64,000 nt of DNA from Candidatus Latescibacterota bacterium (GCA_965223905.1 CBDCXV010000011.1:1824001-1888000), one strand, 5' to 3'; counted from the first letter of the stretch, positions 1-10,387 are shown. The notes: generated by a model from the letters alone, not told the origin. Program-made: numbers and translations.

Positions 1-2
1 TC

Positions 3-3000
3 TACGCAGGGGCGGGGGCGCTGGCCGCCCTCCTCCTCTTCCTACTGACTCCTGCCGGGGTCTACCTCCTGGCCCGGGTCGTCGAGCAGGCGGCCCCAAA
101 GCATGGATGGACGGTAGAGATCGGTTCCACCGGAGGCTCGCTGCTCGGGAAGCCCCGCTTTGAAGAGGTTCACGCTGCCGAGCGGTCCGGATCGCCGTCG
201 ATTTCGGCCCGGTCGCTGGCCGGCTCGGTCTGGGATCGGGAAGTCGTCGTCGATTCGCCGCGAATCGAGATCGACCTGTCGCAGCCGGACTCCGTTTCGA
301 CTTCGGAACCGGACCCGGCCCCGCCTCCCGTCGTGGCGCCGGAACCCCCGAAGTACACGCTGCCGCTCGACGACATCCCTTCCGTAACGGTTTCCGGCGC
401 CGAGCTGGTGCTCCACGACGACAGTCTGCGGGTACTGGCGAAAGGGATCGATCTCCGCTTCGGAACGACTGCCGACTCCCCGCAACCCCCCGCCTCCGGC
501 AGGCGGCTGCGGCTCACGGCCCCGGATATCCAGCTGACACAAGGGGAGACGAACGTATCCGGGGCGCTCGCGGCCCTGCTCACCGTCGAGTCGGACCGCC
601 TGGTAGCGGACAGCCTGTCGGCGCGCGCAACCGCGGGGGACGCCGGGCTCACCGCGGCCGGAACCGGGACTCTCGGACTGACCGAGTCCCTTCCCCTCCG
701 TCTGGAAACCGGCTTCGAGGCGCACTCTCCCGCCCGCCGCGGCAAGGGACAGATCACCCTGTCCGGAGCCCTGGCAGCGCTCGATCTCGAGGTTACGGCT
801 GCCGCGGCGTTGAGTGATTCCGTCTTCGGCAGCTACACCGCGACCGCCGCGGTGCTCGTGACCGCGGAAAGGGTCATCGTCGACTCACTGCTCGTCGAGG
901 CAGCCGGCGGCGGGGGCCGGGTGCACCTGGGCGGGGAGTACGCCCACGCCACCGGCGACAGTCTGCAGGCCAGCCTGGAGGTTACCGATCTCGCCATCGC
1001 CCCGCTGACCGGGGAAACGGCCGGCGGCCTGCTTACCGCCACCCTGGAGGCCGGCGGGCGCCCCGCGTGGGGAGAGCTGGACGCCCGCCTCGACGCCCGG
1101 CTCTCCGGGTTGCGGCTGGCGGCAACACACCTCGATTTCACCCTCGAGGCGAACCTCGACGGCCCCGGACTCACCGCGGCGCTCCGATCGACGCTCGGCT
1201 CCCTCGCTGCGGAAGGAACGGTCGCCGCCGCGGACCGGTACGACATCGATCTGCTGGGAAGGCTCGACCCCGGCCCCCTGATAGGCGCCCCTGTGCCGGC
1301 CTCGGTCACCGGGCATCTTTCCCCCGGTGAGTTCGCCGCCGACCTGACGGTAGAGGAGCTGCCCGGACTCGGCCCGGACTTCGGCCCGCTGTCCCTGAGC
1401 GCCTCGATTGCGGACTGGCGGCATACTGAGCTGACCCTCTCTCTCGACGGAGGCGGCATGCGCGCCGGTGTCGAAACCGACCTGCAGAGCGGTTCCGTCG
1501 ACACCCTGCACGCGGCCATCCAGCCAACTCAGCTCAACCGGCTGCTTCCGGACCTGTCCGGCTCGGTCACCGCCGAGCTGGAGGCGGGGTCGTTCGCCTG
1601 GGACGCGGCACACCTGATCGCGACCATCGCCCTGCGGGACGTCGGATACGGCGGCTGGAGCGCCGGGGATATCGACGCCAGCCTGTCCCTCGACGACGGG
1701 ACCACCCGCGTGCTGTTGCGCGGCCAGGGCCTGGACGCCGAAGCCCGCCTTGAGGGGACCGGCCGTTTTTCCGCAACCGCCTTGCTCGACAGCGCCGCGG
1801 CGAGCCGCCGCGACCTCACCTCGGACCGGGTGGATTACCTCCTGCTTTCCGGGGACCTGTCCGCCAGCGGCGAGAGAGGGCGGCCGGAGCTGCTCTCCGC
1901 GGAGCTGCAGCTCGAGCAGGTCGAGCTGTCGCTCCACGACCAGCTTTTTCAGGCCCGGGAGCCGGTTCGCGCCACCCACCGCAGCGGAGTTACCGAGCTC
2001 GCCCCTGTTTCTCTGGCTACGCCTGCCGGCACCCTGACCGGCTCCGCCCGCATCGCCGACTCGCTGTCGGCCCGGGCCTCGATCGATTCCGTCCTCCTCA
2101 CCCTCGCCGACGGCGCCATGACCGCCCGAGGCGCCCTCGGGCTGCAGCTGCGGGGTACCGGGGCGAACCCTGAACTGGACGGCAAACTGGAGCTGTCCGA
2201 TGTCCGCTTGCAAAAGCGCCCGCTCGGCAGGCTGCGGGCCGTGGTATCGCACCGCGACAGCTCCGTCGCCACTGTCGAGCTGACGCAGCCAGCAGTCAGC
2301 GGGCAAACGAAGGCCGGCAGCCTCGCCGTCCGCCTGGCCATGCCGGCAGCGGTCTTGTTGGGGGAGGCTGACGCAGACCCCGGGCGCGCTCATCTCGGAG
2401 TCCGGGCCGGCGGTCTCGACCTGGGTCCCTTTCTCAGCTACGCCCTCGACGACAGCGTCGGCGGCTCGCTGGGGCTGAGCGGCGCCCTCTCCTTTCCGGC
2501 GGACGGTCTGACTTCCGGAATACCCTGGGCCAGCCTGTCGGGAAGCGCCCGCCTGAGCCACTTGGAAATCGAACGGGGTACGCTGCACCTGCAGGCACCA
2601 GACGAAGAAGTGGAGCTCCTGTTCGGCGGCGAGGAGCTTCAGAGAATGACCCTGGCGCTTGCCCGCCTCGACGAGGAGACCGGCCGCTACGACCATCCCG
2701 CGGGGGCGGTTTCGGCAGGGCTGCAGTCGGGGAGCGGAAGGCACCGGATCACCCTCGAGCTTGCCGGAGTAGACCTGAGGAGCGCAACTGCCTTCGGTGT
2801 CGGAGAGTCCGCCCTGCCCGCAGGCACGGTCGATGCTACCGCGGTGCTGACCGATTCCGCGGGCGAACGCTCGCTCTCCTGCACCGCCGAGGCCGCGACC
2901 GAGGAGTTCGGCGACCTGACCGCGGATATCGAGGTTGTCGGCGGCGGCGCCACCGTGCAGGCGCTCTGGTCGACGCCGCTGGCAGACGAGGTGGCCGTAG

Positions 3001-4370
3001 CCGGGAGCGTACCGCTGCACCCGCGTACCTGGGAGGCCGCTTGGGAAAAGGCCGAGCTGTCGGCGCGGACCGAGGGCGTCAACCTGTTCATCTTCGTCGA
3101 CCAGGTGCCGGACCTCGAGTCCCTGGACGGGCTCGTCCGCTTCGACTTGGAGGCGACCCGCCTCGGCTCCGATCCGCAGGTGCACGGGGAGCTGGAGATC
3201 GAGGAAGTCGGCTTCCGGTTCATCGACGTCGACCCGGGCTACGCCTTTCCGCGGGGGCGGATCGAGTTCACCGGCGAGCGCGGCGTGCTCACCGGTTTCG
3301 CCGGCTACCCGTCCAGTGGCGAGGGAGAGGGGGAGCTGAGCGGCCACCTGGAGATTTCCGCGGCCGGGCTGGACTACGACCTCGTCCTGGTGCTCGACGG
3401 CGTGCCGTATGGGTACGACGACGTCTTCTCGGTGCCGGCAGCGAAAGGCCGGCTGCGGTTCCGCAGCCTGGAAAACGGATCGCTGTTCGAAGTAGAGCTG
3501 CGACTCGACCAGTGCATCGCCGAGCCACCCCTCGTCGACCTGACGGGGCCTCCCCTGCCGCCTCCGCCGTCCGCCCTGCAGGACCCCTTCCTCGAAACCA
3601 TCCACCTCGACCTGCAGGTGGACGTGCGGGAAATGGCGGTGCGCAACGAACTCATCGATCTCCTGCTCGAGGGATCGGGGCGCGTGTACGGAACCTTCTA
3701 CAAGCCCCGCATTCAGGGGGAAATGTTCGTGGAAAAAGAGGGGACGGTAATCGCCCTGAACAACGAGTTCGTCTTCGAGAAGAGGGGGCGCATCATCCTC
3801 GACCGCCTGGTGCCGACCTACTCCATTCTCGACCTCGCCTACGACCCGCTTCTTCTCGACCCGGAGCTCGACCTCGAGGCGGTTGCCGAGGTCCGCGACA
3901 TGGCCGAAAACGAGCTGCGCACGGTGACCATGTCCCTGCAGGGGTCGACCTTGCGCGCCATCCCCGTCTTCAGCTCGGGCGAGCTCGATTACCACCAGGT
4001 GATCTTCCTGCTCGCCTTCGGCACCTCGGAGACGGAAGGGATTGCCGAGCGCGACGTTTTCCGCGCCGCTGGAACCGCGGTCGGCCAGCTGCTGCTCGGG
4101 GGCCAGCGGCAGCGGATCGGCCTCGACGAGTTCCAGCTGCTCCCCTCCGGCACCACGCTGGAGACTTCCGGGCAGCAGGCCCTGCGCATCGGCAAGCACT
4201 TCAGGTGGCCGCTCCCCCTGTGGGTGCGCTACGAGGCGATCACGCAGGACCCCTCCAGAGGCGAGGCGCAGGTCGAGTACCAGCTGGGGCGATTCGTGAC
4301 CCTGCGGGCAAAGGCGCAATCCGAGTACGAGCGCTACGGGGTCGGTCTCGGGGTGAAGAAGCAGTTCTGA
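3..4370 (+). CDS. tamB: Translocation/assembly module TamB (AsmA-like) protein, 5' partial
   Basis: Frame is open from position 3, upstream of the 333 track start, and includes a hydrophobic N-terminal anchor (ALAALLLFLLTP). Long beta-taco-like Gly/Leu-rich body with a TamB-like C-terminus; TGATG overlap with the Omp85 gene. Confidence 0.75.
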   Translation, partial: YAGAGALAALLLFLLTPAGVYLLARVVEQAAPKHGWTVEIGSTGGSLLGKPRFEEVHAAERSGSPSISARSLAGSVWDREVVVDSPRIEIDLSQPDSVSTSEPDPAPPPVVAPEPPKYTLPLDDIPSVTVSGAELVLHDDSLRVLAKGIDLRFGTTADSPQPPASGRRLRLTAPDIQLTQGETNVSGALAALLTVESDRLVADSLSARATAGDAGLTAAGTGTLGLTESLPLRLETGFEAHSPARRGKGQITLSGALAALDLEVTAAAALSDSVFGSYTATAAVLVTAERVIVDSLLVEAAGGGGRVHLGGEYAHATGDSLQASLEVTDLAIAPLTGETAGGLLTATLEAGGRPAWGELDARLDARLSGLRLAATHLDFTLEANLDGPGLTAALRSTLGSLAAEGTVAAADRYDIDLLGRLDPGPLIGAPVPASVTGHLSPGEFAADLTVEELPGLGPDFGPLSLSASIADWRHTELTLSLDGGGMRAGVETDLQSGSVDTLHAAIQPTQLNRLLPDLSGSVTAELEAGSFAWDAAHLIATIALRDVGYGGWSAGDIDASLSLDDGTTRVLLRGQGLDAEARLEGTGRFSATALLDSAAASRRDLTSDRVDYLLLSGDLSASGERGRPELLSAELQLEQVELSLHDQLFQAREPVRATHRSGVTELAPVSLATPAGTLTGSARIADSLSARASIDSVLLTLADGAMTARGALGLQLRGTGANPELDGKLELSDVRLQKRPLGRLRAVVSHRDSSVATVELTQPAVSGQTKAGSLAVRLAMPAAVLLGEADADPGRAHLGVRAGGLDLGPFLSYALDDSVGGSLGLSGALSFPADGLTSGIPWASLSGSARLSHLEIERGTLHLQAPDEEVELLFGGEELQRMTLALARLDEETGRYDHPAGAVSAGLQSGSGRHRITLELAGVDLRSATAFGVGESALPAGTVDATAVLTDSAGERSLSCTAEAATEEFGDLTADIEVVGGGATVQALWSTPLADEVAVAGSVPLHPRTWEAAWEKAELSARTEGVNLFIFVDQVPDLESLDGLVRFDLEATRLGSDPQVHGELEIEEVGFRFIDVDPGYAFPRGRIEFTGERGVLTGFAGYPSSGEGEGELSGHLEISAAGLDYDLVLVLDGVPYGYDDVFSVPAAKGRLRFRSLENGSLFEVELRLDQCIAEPPLVDLTGPPLPPPPSALQDPFLETIHLDLQVDVREMAVRNELIDLLLEGSGRVYGTFYKPRIQGEMFVEKEGTVIALNNEFVFEKRGRIILDRLVPTYSILDLAYDPLLLDPELDLEAVAEVRDMAENELRTVTMSLQGSTLRAIPVFSSGELDYHQVIFLLAFGTSETEGIAERDVFRAAGTAVGQLLLGGQRQRIGLDEFQLLPSGTTLETSGQQALRIGKHFRWPLPLWVRYEAITQDPSRGEAQVEYQLGRFVTLRAKAQSEYERYGVGLGVKKQF

Positions 4371-6532
4371 TGCCACCCCGCCTCCTCGCCGTCTCCCTTG
4401 CCCTGCTTGGCTCCCTTCCCGCCGACGCCGCGATGCGGGAGGTGGACCTGCGCGACCTCGACGGCCAGAATGTCGAAGTGAAGCGTATCCGCTTCGTGCA
4501 CCCGCAAGAGAAACCGTTCGGCAATCCCTACCTGCGCACCGCCATGAGGACGCGCGCAGGGGAGCCGTTCCGGCGCCGCTATTTCCGCGACGATCTCGCC
4601 GAACTGGAGAACCTCTACCGCGGGATCGGGTTCCTCGACGTCGACATCGCCCGCAAGGAATACCTCCTCGACGGGAAGGATCGCCTGCACATCCGGCTGT
4701 GGATCGAAAGCGGCCGGCGCTGGAAGCTCGAGGAGGTGGGGGTGTCGATGGAGGAGGCGCACGGGGCGCTGAAAGAGGACCTCGTGCGCACCCTGCGCTC
4801 GCGTGCGGGAGGGTTCTTCGAGTACAAGACCGTCATCGAGGACGAGCGCGCCCTGCTGGCGCTGCTGAACAACAGGGGGTACGCCCATGCCGAGGTGCGC
4901 AACCGCACCGAGCTCGACTCGCAGCGCAAGCTCGCCCGCGTCACCTACGACGTGGCCCCGGGCCGGCGCATGTACTTCGGGGAAATCAGCATCCGCGAGC
5001 GCACCGGGGGAAAACCGCTGCAGACCCGCTCCCGGCTCGTGCGCGGCCTGTTGACCTTCCGCAAGGGGCAGCTGTTCGATCCCCATCAGCTTCGCCTCTC
5101 GCGCAACAACCTGTCGCGAACCGACCTGTTCCGCTCGGTGACCCTGTCGACCCCGGCGGTCGGTCCCGGCGACAGCCTGCAGCCGATCGAAATCTCGCTG
5201 CAGGAGCGCAAATTCATCCACCTCGAGGCCCTCGCATTCTTCAACAACACCGAGCCGGGGGCGGAGACCCGGCTCGAGCACGCCAACTGGCTCGGGAGGG
5301 GGACGCGCATAGGTCTGACGGGAAGCCTCGGGCGTCCGGAACAGGGCGCCAAGTTCGATATCACCGAGCGCGACGTCTTCGAGTCCGGAGCCGATCTGAC
5401 GGTGACGGCAAGTCTCACCGACGAGTGGGGAAAAACCAAGGTATACGCCGATCCCGGTGACTCGACGCAGTTCGCCCTGCTGACCTCCAACGATTCGGTC
5501 CTCAACGGACTGCTGCTGTTGGTCGGCCCTGCGGACGCAGCACAATACATCGAGGCCTCGGAGTACGGCTACCGGTCGATCGAGCGGCTCCGGCAGTTCA
5601 AAAGCACCCTGTCGAAACAGTGGGAGCCGGCCGATGCGGCGCGCTATCACGCCCGCACCGAGCTGAACTGGACGCAGTCGCGGGATCAGCCCGTGCCGGA
5701 CGGCGATATCGACTACTCACCCGGAGACAACGATCCCAGCGATTCCGGCGGTTCCGGACCTGGCTCCACCGATGCAGGCGAGGACGATCTTTCTGGTGAC
5801 GACGGTTTCTTTGGCGACGACAACCCATTCGGGGACGAAGATTCTTCCGGCGACGAGGACGATTCCGGGGGAGAGTGCGCCCCAGGTGACCTCGACTACG
5901 CCTGCGGCTCGATCCCCATCGACAGCACCTGGCACCGCCTGCTGACCGACGAGGCCAACACCCTCAACCTGGAATTCACCTTCAACCGCGATTCCCGGGA
6001 CAACCCGATCTCCCCCTCGAGCGGGACGCTGCTGCACACCAGAGGCCTGTACGCTGTCGAGTTGGGCAGGCAGCCGACACGCGTCCTCGATGGGGAGGTG
6101 GTGTGGGGCTATTACCTGCGTCTCCACCCCAATTTCGTATGGGCGCAGCAATTTCGCGGGCTTCTGACCGCCTCTCTCAGAAAGAACCGCGACCTTCCGA
6201 AAAATTACTGGATCAAGCTCGGCGGCGAAGGCAGCGTCCGCGGGGTCGGCCGCGAACGCATCCAGCCGACGGGGGGCGGGCGCGCCGGCGCCAACGTGCG
6301 CAGCGAACTGCGCATCAACGCCGGCGAGTTCGGGTTCGTCGTCTTCTGGGACCGGGCCGGGGTCTGGCGCCACGCCCGCGAGGCCCGCTGGACGCGCATG
6401 GTGGACGGGTACGGCTTCGGGTTCCGCTACGAGCGCGGCATTCCTTTTCGCTTCGACGTCGGCTGGAGCAGAGACCCGGACAACCGCATCCGCAACCGCA
6501 GCCTCTACTTCTCCATCGGGCAGGCGTTCTGA
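4370..6532 (+). CDS. BamA/TamA (Omp85) family outer membrane protein
   Basis: Signal peptide, POTRA-like repeats, GGEGSVRG motif and C-terminal YFSIGQAF. True start is the ATG at 4370 inside track ORF 3041..6532. Confidence 0.85.
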   Translation: MPPRLLAVSLALLGSLPADAAMREVDLRDLDGQNVEVKRIRFVHPQEKPFGNPYLRTAMRTRAGEPFRRRYFRDDLAELENLYRGIGFLDVDIARKEYLLDGKDRLHIRLWIESGRRWKLEEVGVSMEEAHGALKEDLVRTLRSRAGGFFEYKTVIEDERALLALLNNRGYAHAEVRNRTELDSQRKLARVTYDVAPGRRMYFGEISIRERTGGKPLQTRSRLVRGLLTFRKGQLFDPHQLRLSRNNLSRTDLFRSVTLSTPAVGPGDSLQPIEISLQERKFIHLEALAFFNNTEPGAETRLEHANWLGRGTRIGLTGSLGRPEQGAKFDITERDVFESGADLTVTASLTDEWGKTKVYADPGDSTQFALLTSNDSVLNGLLLLVGPADAAQYIEASEYGYRSIERLRQFKSTLSKQWEPADAARYHARTELNWTQSRDQPVPDGDIDYSPGDNDPSDSGGSGPGSTDAGEDDLSGDDGFFGDDNPFGDEDSSGDEDDSGGECAPGDLDYACGSIPIDSTWHRLLTDEANTLNLEFTFNRDSRDNPISPSSGTLLHTRGLYAVELGRQPTRVLDGEVVWGYYLRLHPNFVWAQQFRGLLTASLRKNRDLPKNYWIKLGGEGSVRGVGRERIQPTGGGRAGANVRSELRINAGEFGFVVFWDRAGVWRHAREARWTRMVDGYGFGFRYERGIPFRFDVGWSRDPDNRIRNRSLYFSIGQAF

Positions 6533-6620
6533 GGCGGGATTTTTGCGGTGCGCGCCGGCAGCGGTATATTGAGAAGATCGCGCGGCGATGTTTAGTATCC
6601 GCCACGAGACTCTCACACCC

Positions 6621-6975
6621 GGGGGCGACATGGCTTCGACGGGGGCAGAGAGGTCGAGACAGCGTGCCGAGGTCCCCGACACCTCGTAAATCCCGGGAAC
6701 AACTTCAAGCGCCGACGATAACTCGTACGCTTTGGCTGCCTGAAAAGGCTGCCCGCGGGGGCTGGTGTAGCCTGCGACGCCGGCCCCTGCGACAAGACAG
6801 CAGGCTAGCGGACGGCGCTTTCGTTCACGGGCCGTTCGCGAAACCTGGTGAACTGGCCCCCTGCGGATCCTGTCAGCCGGAGCCACAGGGGGCGAGAATC
6901 AAACGCTGACTACGCACGTAGCGGTCTCGAAGGAACTGCTTTCGGACGCGGGTTCGATTCCCGCCGCCTCCACCA
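6621..6975 (+). ncRNA. ssrA: tmRNA; tag peptide ADDNSYALAA* encoded at 6711-6743
   Basis: 5' GGGGGCGACATGGCTTCGAC, 3' T-arm GGGTTCGATTCCC...CTCCACCA, and an internal tag ORF ending YALAA-stop. Confidence 0.97.
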
Positions 6976-6981
6976 TTTTCC

Positions 6982-7018
6982 AGGGCGCAACCTCGGTATG
7001 GGGTTGCGCTCTTTTTTT
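6982..7018 (+). terminator. Intrinsic terminator after ssrA
   Basis: AGGGCGCAACC...GGTTGCGCTCT stem followed by a T run. Confidence 0.85.
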
Positions 7019-7034
7019 GTCCTGTGGCAACAGC

Positions 7035-7165
7035 CTTGGCGCGGAGGTCATGGTCACCCTGGAGGTCGACGCGGAGATCCTCGACCGGGGCGTCCGAAAA
7101 CGTCCTGCGCACGGTCACCGAGAACAGGCGCACCCTGAAGTTCGCAAACCACGGGTCGAGGAGTC
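7035..7165 (+). pseudogene. Frameshifted remnant resembling the C-terminus of DUF499/Swt1-HEPN AAA+ ATPases
   Basis: Two frames join to LGAEVMVTLEVDAEILD/GASENVLRTVTENRRTLKFANHG(F)EE, close to the recalled family tail VTLEI.A.IP.G....VVRTVTEN.RTLKF..HGFEE. Confidence 0.6.
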
Positions 7166-7317
7166 GCGAGCTGACGGTCCGGCGGGACGGTCAGTTGGTA
7201 AATGAGACCTCTCCCTGAACGGGGCAAAGCCGATACAACCCTGCGGCAGGCCGTCGATTTGCGCCCAGTCCTGATTACCGGCGGAGAGTGGACGCCTCGG
7301 GGCTTGGGCCCGCCTCC

Positions 7318-8154
7318 TCACCCTTCCGACTCCTTCACCTCCTCCCAGACTCGGTCCATCTCATCGAGGGAGGCCTCCTCGAGATCGCCCCCGGCGGCGC
7401 GGAAGCGCTCCTCGACGTCGCGGAACCTGCGCTCGAACTTGGCTACCGCCCGCCGCAGCGCCTCTTCGGGGCAGAGGCGCAGGAAGCGGCCGGTGTTGAC
7501 CAGCGCGAACAGCAGGTCGCCCATCTCCTCCTCGACGCGGGCCCGCTCGCCGGGACCCGCAGTTGTATCTCCGGCACCCGAGGTCCTCTCCTTCGCCCCC
7601 AGTTCCCGGCGCAGCTCCTCGAACTCCTCGGCGACCTTGTCGAGCGCGCCCCCCGCATGTTCCCAGTCGAACCCCGTCTTCGAGGCCTTCTCCTGGATCC
7701 GCTGCGCGCGCAGCAGCGCCGGAAGCTCCGCGGGCACGCCGTCGAGGGCGGAAACCGGATGCTCGCGGCTCCCCTCCCGCTCCGATCTCTTGATCCGCTC
7801 CCAGTTGGCAACGACCTCGTCCGCGTCCTCGACCTCTGTGCTGCCGAATACGTGCGGGTGGCGGCGGATCAGCTTGTCGGCGATCGCCGCGGCGACGTCG
7901 TCGATCGTGAAGCGCCCCGCCTCCGCGGCGATCTGGGAATGGAATATCACCTGGAGGAGAACGTCCCCGAGCTCCCCGACGAACTCCCGGTCGCTACCCG
8001 AGTCGATCGCCTCTAACAGTTCGTACGTCTCCTCGAGAAGGAACGGCTTGAGGGTGGCGTGGGTCTGCTCGCGGTCCCAGGGGCAGCCGTCCCGGGCCCG
8101 CAGGCGCGTCATGATCCCCACCAGGCGCTCGATACCCGAGCCTTGCCCGCTCAT
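7318..8154 (-). CDS. mazG: Nucleoside triphosphate pyrophosphohydrolase MazG
   Basis: GCPWDREQTH, EETYELLEAI, ELGDVLLQ, KLIRRHPHVF; two MazG domains. Confidence 0.95.
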   Translation of the reverse strand: MSGQGSGIERLVGIMTRLRARDGCPWDREQTHATLKPFLLEETYELLEAIDSGSDREFVGELGDVLLQVIFHSQIAAEAGRFTIDDVAAAIADKLIRRHPHVFGSTEVEDADEVVANWERIKRSEREGSREHPVSALDGVPAELPALLRAQRIQEKASKTGFDWEHAGGALDKVAEEFEELRRELGAKERTSGAGDTTAGPGERARVEEEMGDLLFALVNTGRFLRLCPEEALRRAVAKFERRFRDVEERFRAAGGDLEEASLDEMDRVWEEVKESEG

Positions 8155-8552
8155 TCCCCTTTCCCCTCTCCTGCCGCAGTTTGCAACTCGGTGTACTTGA
8201 GGTTGCGGCCCCGCACTTTCTCGACCGGGTACCGCTCCGCGGACAGCGCCAGCTTTTCCGCAAGGATCGAGCTCGCGTCCAGTCCGAGATTGGCGCACAT
8301 CAGGAGCACGAAGTAGAGGACGTCGGCCAGCTCGTGGGCGACCAGCCGCCGCTGCCCGGGATCTGCCATCAAGCTTTCGATTTCCTCGTTGCTGCGGAAG
8401 CGGAACTGCTCGAGCAGCTCGGCGGCCTCGATGGCCAGCCCGATGGCCAGGTCCTTGGGAAAATGATACTGGTCCCAGTCGCGGTCGCTGACGAACTCGC
8501 GTACCCGGGCCTTGAGCTCGGCCACAACCGTGCTGTCGTCGTTGAATTCCAT
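8151..8552 (-). CDS. MazG-like nucleotide pyrophosphohydrolase (dCTPase/DCTPP1-type)
   Basis: RDWDQYHFPKDLAIGLAIEAAELLE, ELADVL, RYPVEK; ATGA overlap with mazG. Confidence 0.9.
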   Translation of the reverse strand: MEFNDDSTVVAELKARVREFVSDRDWDQYHFPKDLAIGLAIEAAELLEQFRFRSNEEIESLMADPGQRRLVAHELADVLYFVLLMCANLGLDASSILAEKLALSAERYPVEKVRGRNLKYTELQTAAGEGKGE

Positions 8553-8774
8553 CCGGTCTCCCCTCATCGGTGTAAGGACGAAATCACTGTTGCCATCTTC
8601 CCCGGGACCGCCCTATATTGCCCCTCTGTCTCGTGGCCACGAGGCTTTTTTCCTACCTGAGTTCCACGAAAATACCTCGGTAAACCTTCCTCTCGCGTGC
8701 GACCTGCACCCTCGGCGCGCGGGCTGGCCGGGATTGTTTCGTGCAGCCAATCCACGGGAGGCAGCGGGCGAAAA

Positions 8775-9551
8775 ATGGGAAAGGTCATCGCAATCGCCAA
8801 TCAGAAGGGCGGGGTGGGAAAGACGACGACGGCGGTAAACCTTTCGGCCTGCCTCGCCGCAAACGGACGCAGTACCCTCCTCGTCGATCTCGATCCCCAG
8901 GCAAACGCAACCAGCGGTTGCGAAGCGGGCCTCGAGCAATACGACGGCTCCGTGTACGAAGTTCTGGTCGGCCAGGCCCCGCTCGAGGGCGTGATATGCT
9001 CGAGTGACATTCCCGATCTCGAGTTGGTACCCTCGAACATCAGCCTGGCGGGTGCCGAAGTCGAGATGGCCTCCGTTTTCGGACGCGAAAAGAAGCTCGC
9101 CGAGGCCCTGAAGGAAGTTAAGGAGAACTACGATTTCGTAATCCTCGACTGCCCACCTTCCCTCGGTCTGCTCACGGTCAACGCCCTGTCCGCGGCCGAC
9201 TCGGTGTTGATCCCGGTGCAGTGCGAGTACTACGCTCTCGAGGGCCTGAGCAAGCTGCTCAACTCGGTGCAGCTCGTACAGCGCTACCTCAACCCCGGCC
9301 TCGAAGTGGAGGGGGTCCTGCTGACGATGTACGACGAGCGCCTGCAGCTGTCCAAGCGGGTGGCGGCAGAAGTCAGGTCCTACTTCGAGGACAAGGTTTT
9401 CGACACCCTGATCAAGCGCAACGTCAGTCTTGCCTCGGCTCCCAGCTTCGGCAAGCCCGTCATTCTGCACGAGCCGCGTTCGACCGGAGCCCGGAACTAC
9501 CGCCAGCTCGCCGAAGAGCTCACGACCGCGGCCGGCCCCGACCTCAACTGA
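8775..9551 (+). CDS. parA: ParA/Soj family ATPase
   Basis: NQKGGVGKTTT, DLDPQANAT, DCPPSLG, PVQCEYYALEG. Confidence 0.93.
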   Translation: MGKVIAIANQKGGVGKTTTAVNLSACLAANGRSTLLVDLDPQANATSGCEAGLEQYDGSVYEVLVGQAPLEGVICSSDIPDLELVPSNISLAGAEVEMASVFGREKKLAEALKEVKENYDFVILDCPPSLGLLTVNALSAADSVLIPVQCEYYALEGLSKLLNSVQLVQRYLNPGLEVEGVLLTMYDERLQLSKRVAAEVRSYFEDKVFDTLIKRNVSLASAPSFGKPVILHEPRSTGARNYRQLAEELTTAAGPDLN

Positions 9552-9619
9552 TCCCCCGGAGACCGGCCACGGGCTTCATCACCGAACCGCGCGGCCGGCA
9601 GCCCACGACGAGGGCGACC

Positions 9620-10378
9620 ATGCATGTCGTCGACAGCCACTGTCACACCGGTCTTCACAAGTACGAGCCGATCGACCACCTGCTGTTCCACATGGACCGC
9701 TCGGAGGTCGACAAGGCAGTGCTCATCCAGTACAACGGCAACAGCGACAACAGTTATCTCGTCGACTGCCTGCGCACCCACCGAGACCGCCTCCAGGGGG
9801 CCATGATCGTGCCTGCGGACGACGACGGCAGCGCCATCCGCAGGTGGGCCGACCAGGGTGTCGGCGGCATCCGCCTGCTCGCCGACTCGCGGGCTTCGTG
9901 CGCCGACCCGCTGGCCCACTGGCGCACCGCGGCCGAGCTCGACCTCGTGGTCAGCGCCTTCTGCTCCCCCGCCAGACTGCTGTCCCCTCGCTTCCGGGAG
10001 GTCGTCGAGACCTTCCCGGAACTTCGCATCGTCATAGAGCACCTAGGCGGCGTCGGCCAGGACGAAAAGCCCCCGTACAGCGAGTTCGCCGAGGTCCTGA
10101 AGCTGGCCTCCAACCCAAACCTGACGATGAAGCTGCCCGGGTTCGGGGAATTCTGCCGGCTCCCGCATCCCTTCCAGGAGGTGCCACCCCTGGCGCGCAT
10201 GGCCCTGGAGGCGTTCGGCCCCAGCCGCCTGATGTGGGGCAGCGACTATCCCCCGGTCAGCTCCCGCGAGGGGTACGACAATTCGCTGACCTTCCCGCGG
10301 GAGTATTTCTCCGACCTCGACGCAGGCGACCGCGACTGGATCTTCGGGGGCACCGCAATCGAGGTCTGGGGACTGTAG
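9620..10378 (+). CDS. Amidohydrolase_2 family protein (lactonase-like)
   Basis: DSHCH, IEHLG, FGPSRLMWGSDYPP. Confidence 0.85.
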   Translation: MHVVDSHCHTGLHKYEPIDHLLFHMDRSEVDKAVLIQYNGNSDNSYLVDCLRTHRDRLQGAMIVPADDDGSAIRRWADQGVGGIRLLADSRASCADPLAHWRTAAELDLVVSAFCSPARLLSPRFREVVETFPELRIVIEHLGGVGQDEKPPYSEFAEVLKLASNPNLTMKLPGFGEFCRLPHPFQEVPPLARMALEAFGPSRLMWGSDYPPVSSREGYDNSLTFPREYFSDLDAGDRDWIFGGTAIEVWGL

Positions 10379-10387
10379 GGCGGGACC

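Noticed and set aside
885-4376. Very long antisense or alternate-frame ORFs (e.g. 885..4376, 30063..32675, 37273..39333, 50805..53225, 58236..60371)
   Set aside because: Shadows of real genes caused by high-GC codon bias; no family motifs.
8660-8675. parS-like site upstream of parA
   Set aside because: Only one half (GTTCCACG) matches; the other half is not palindromic.
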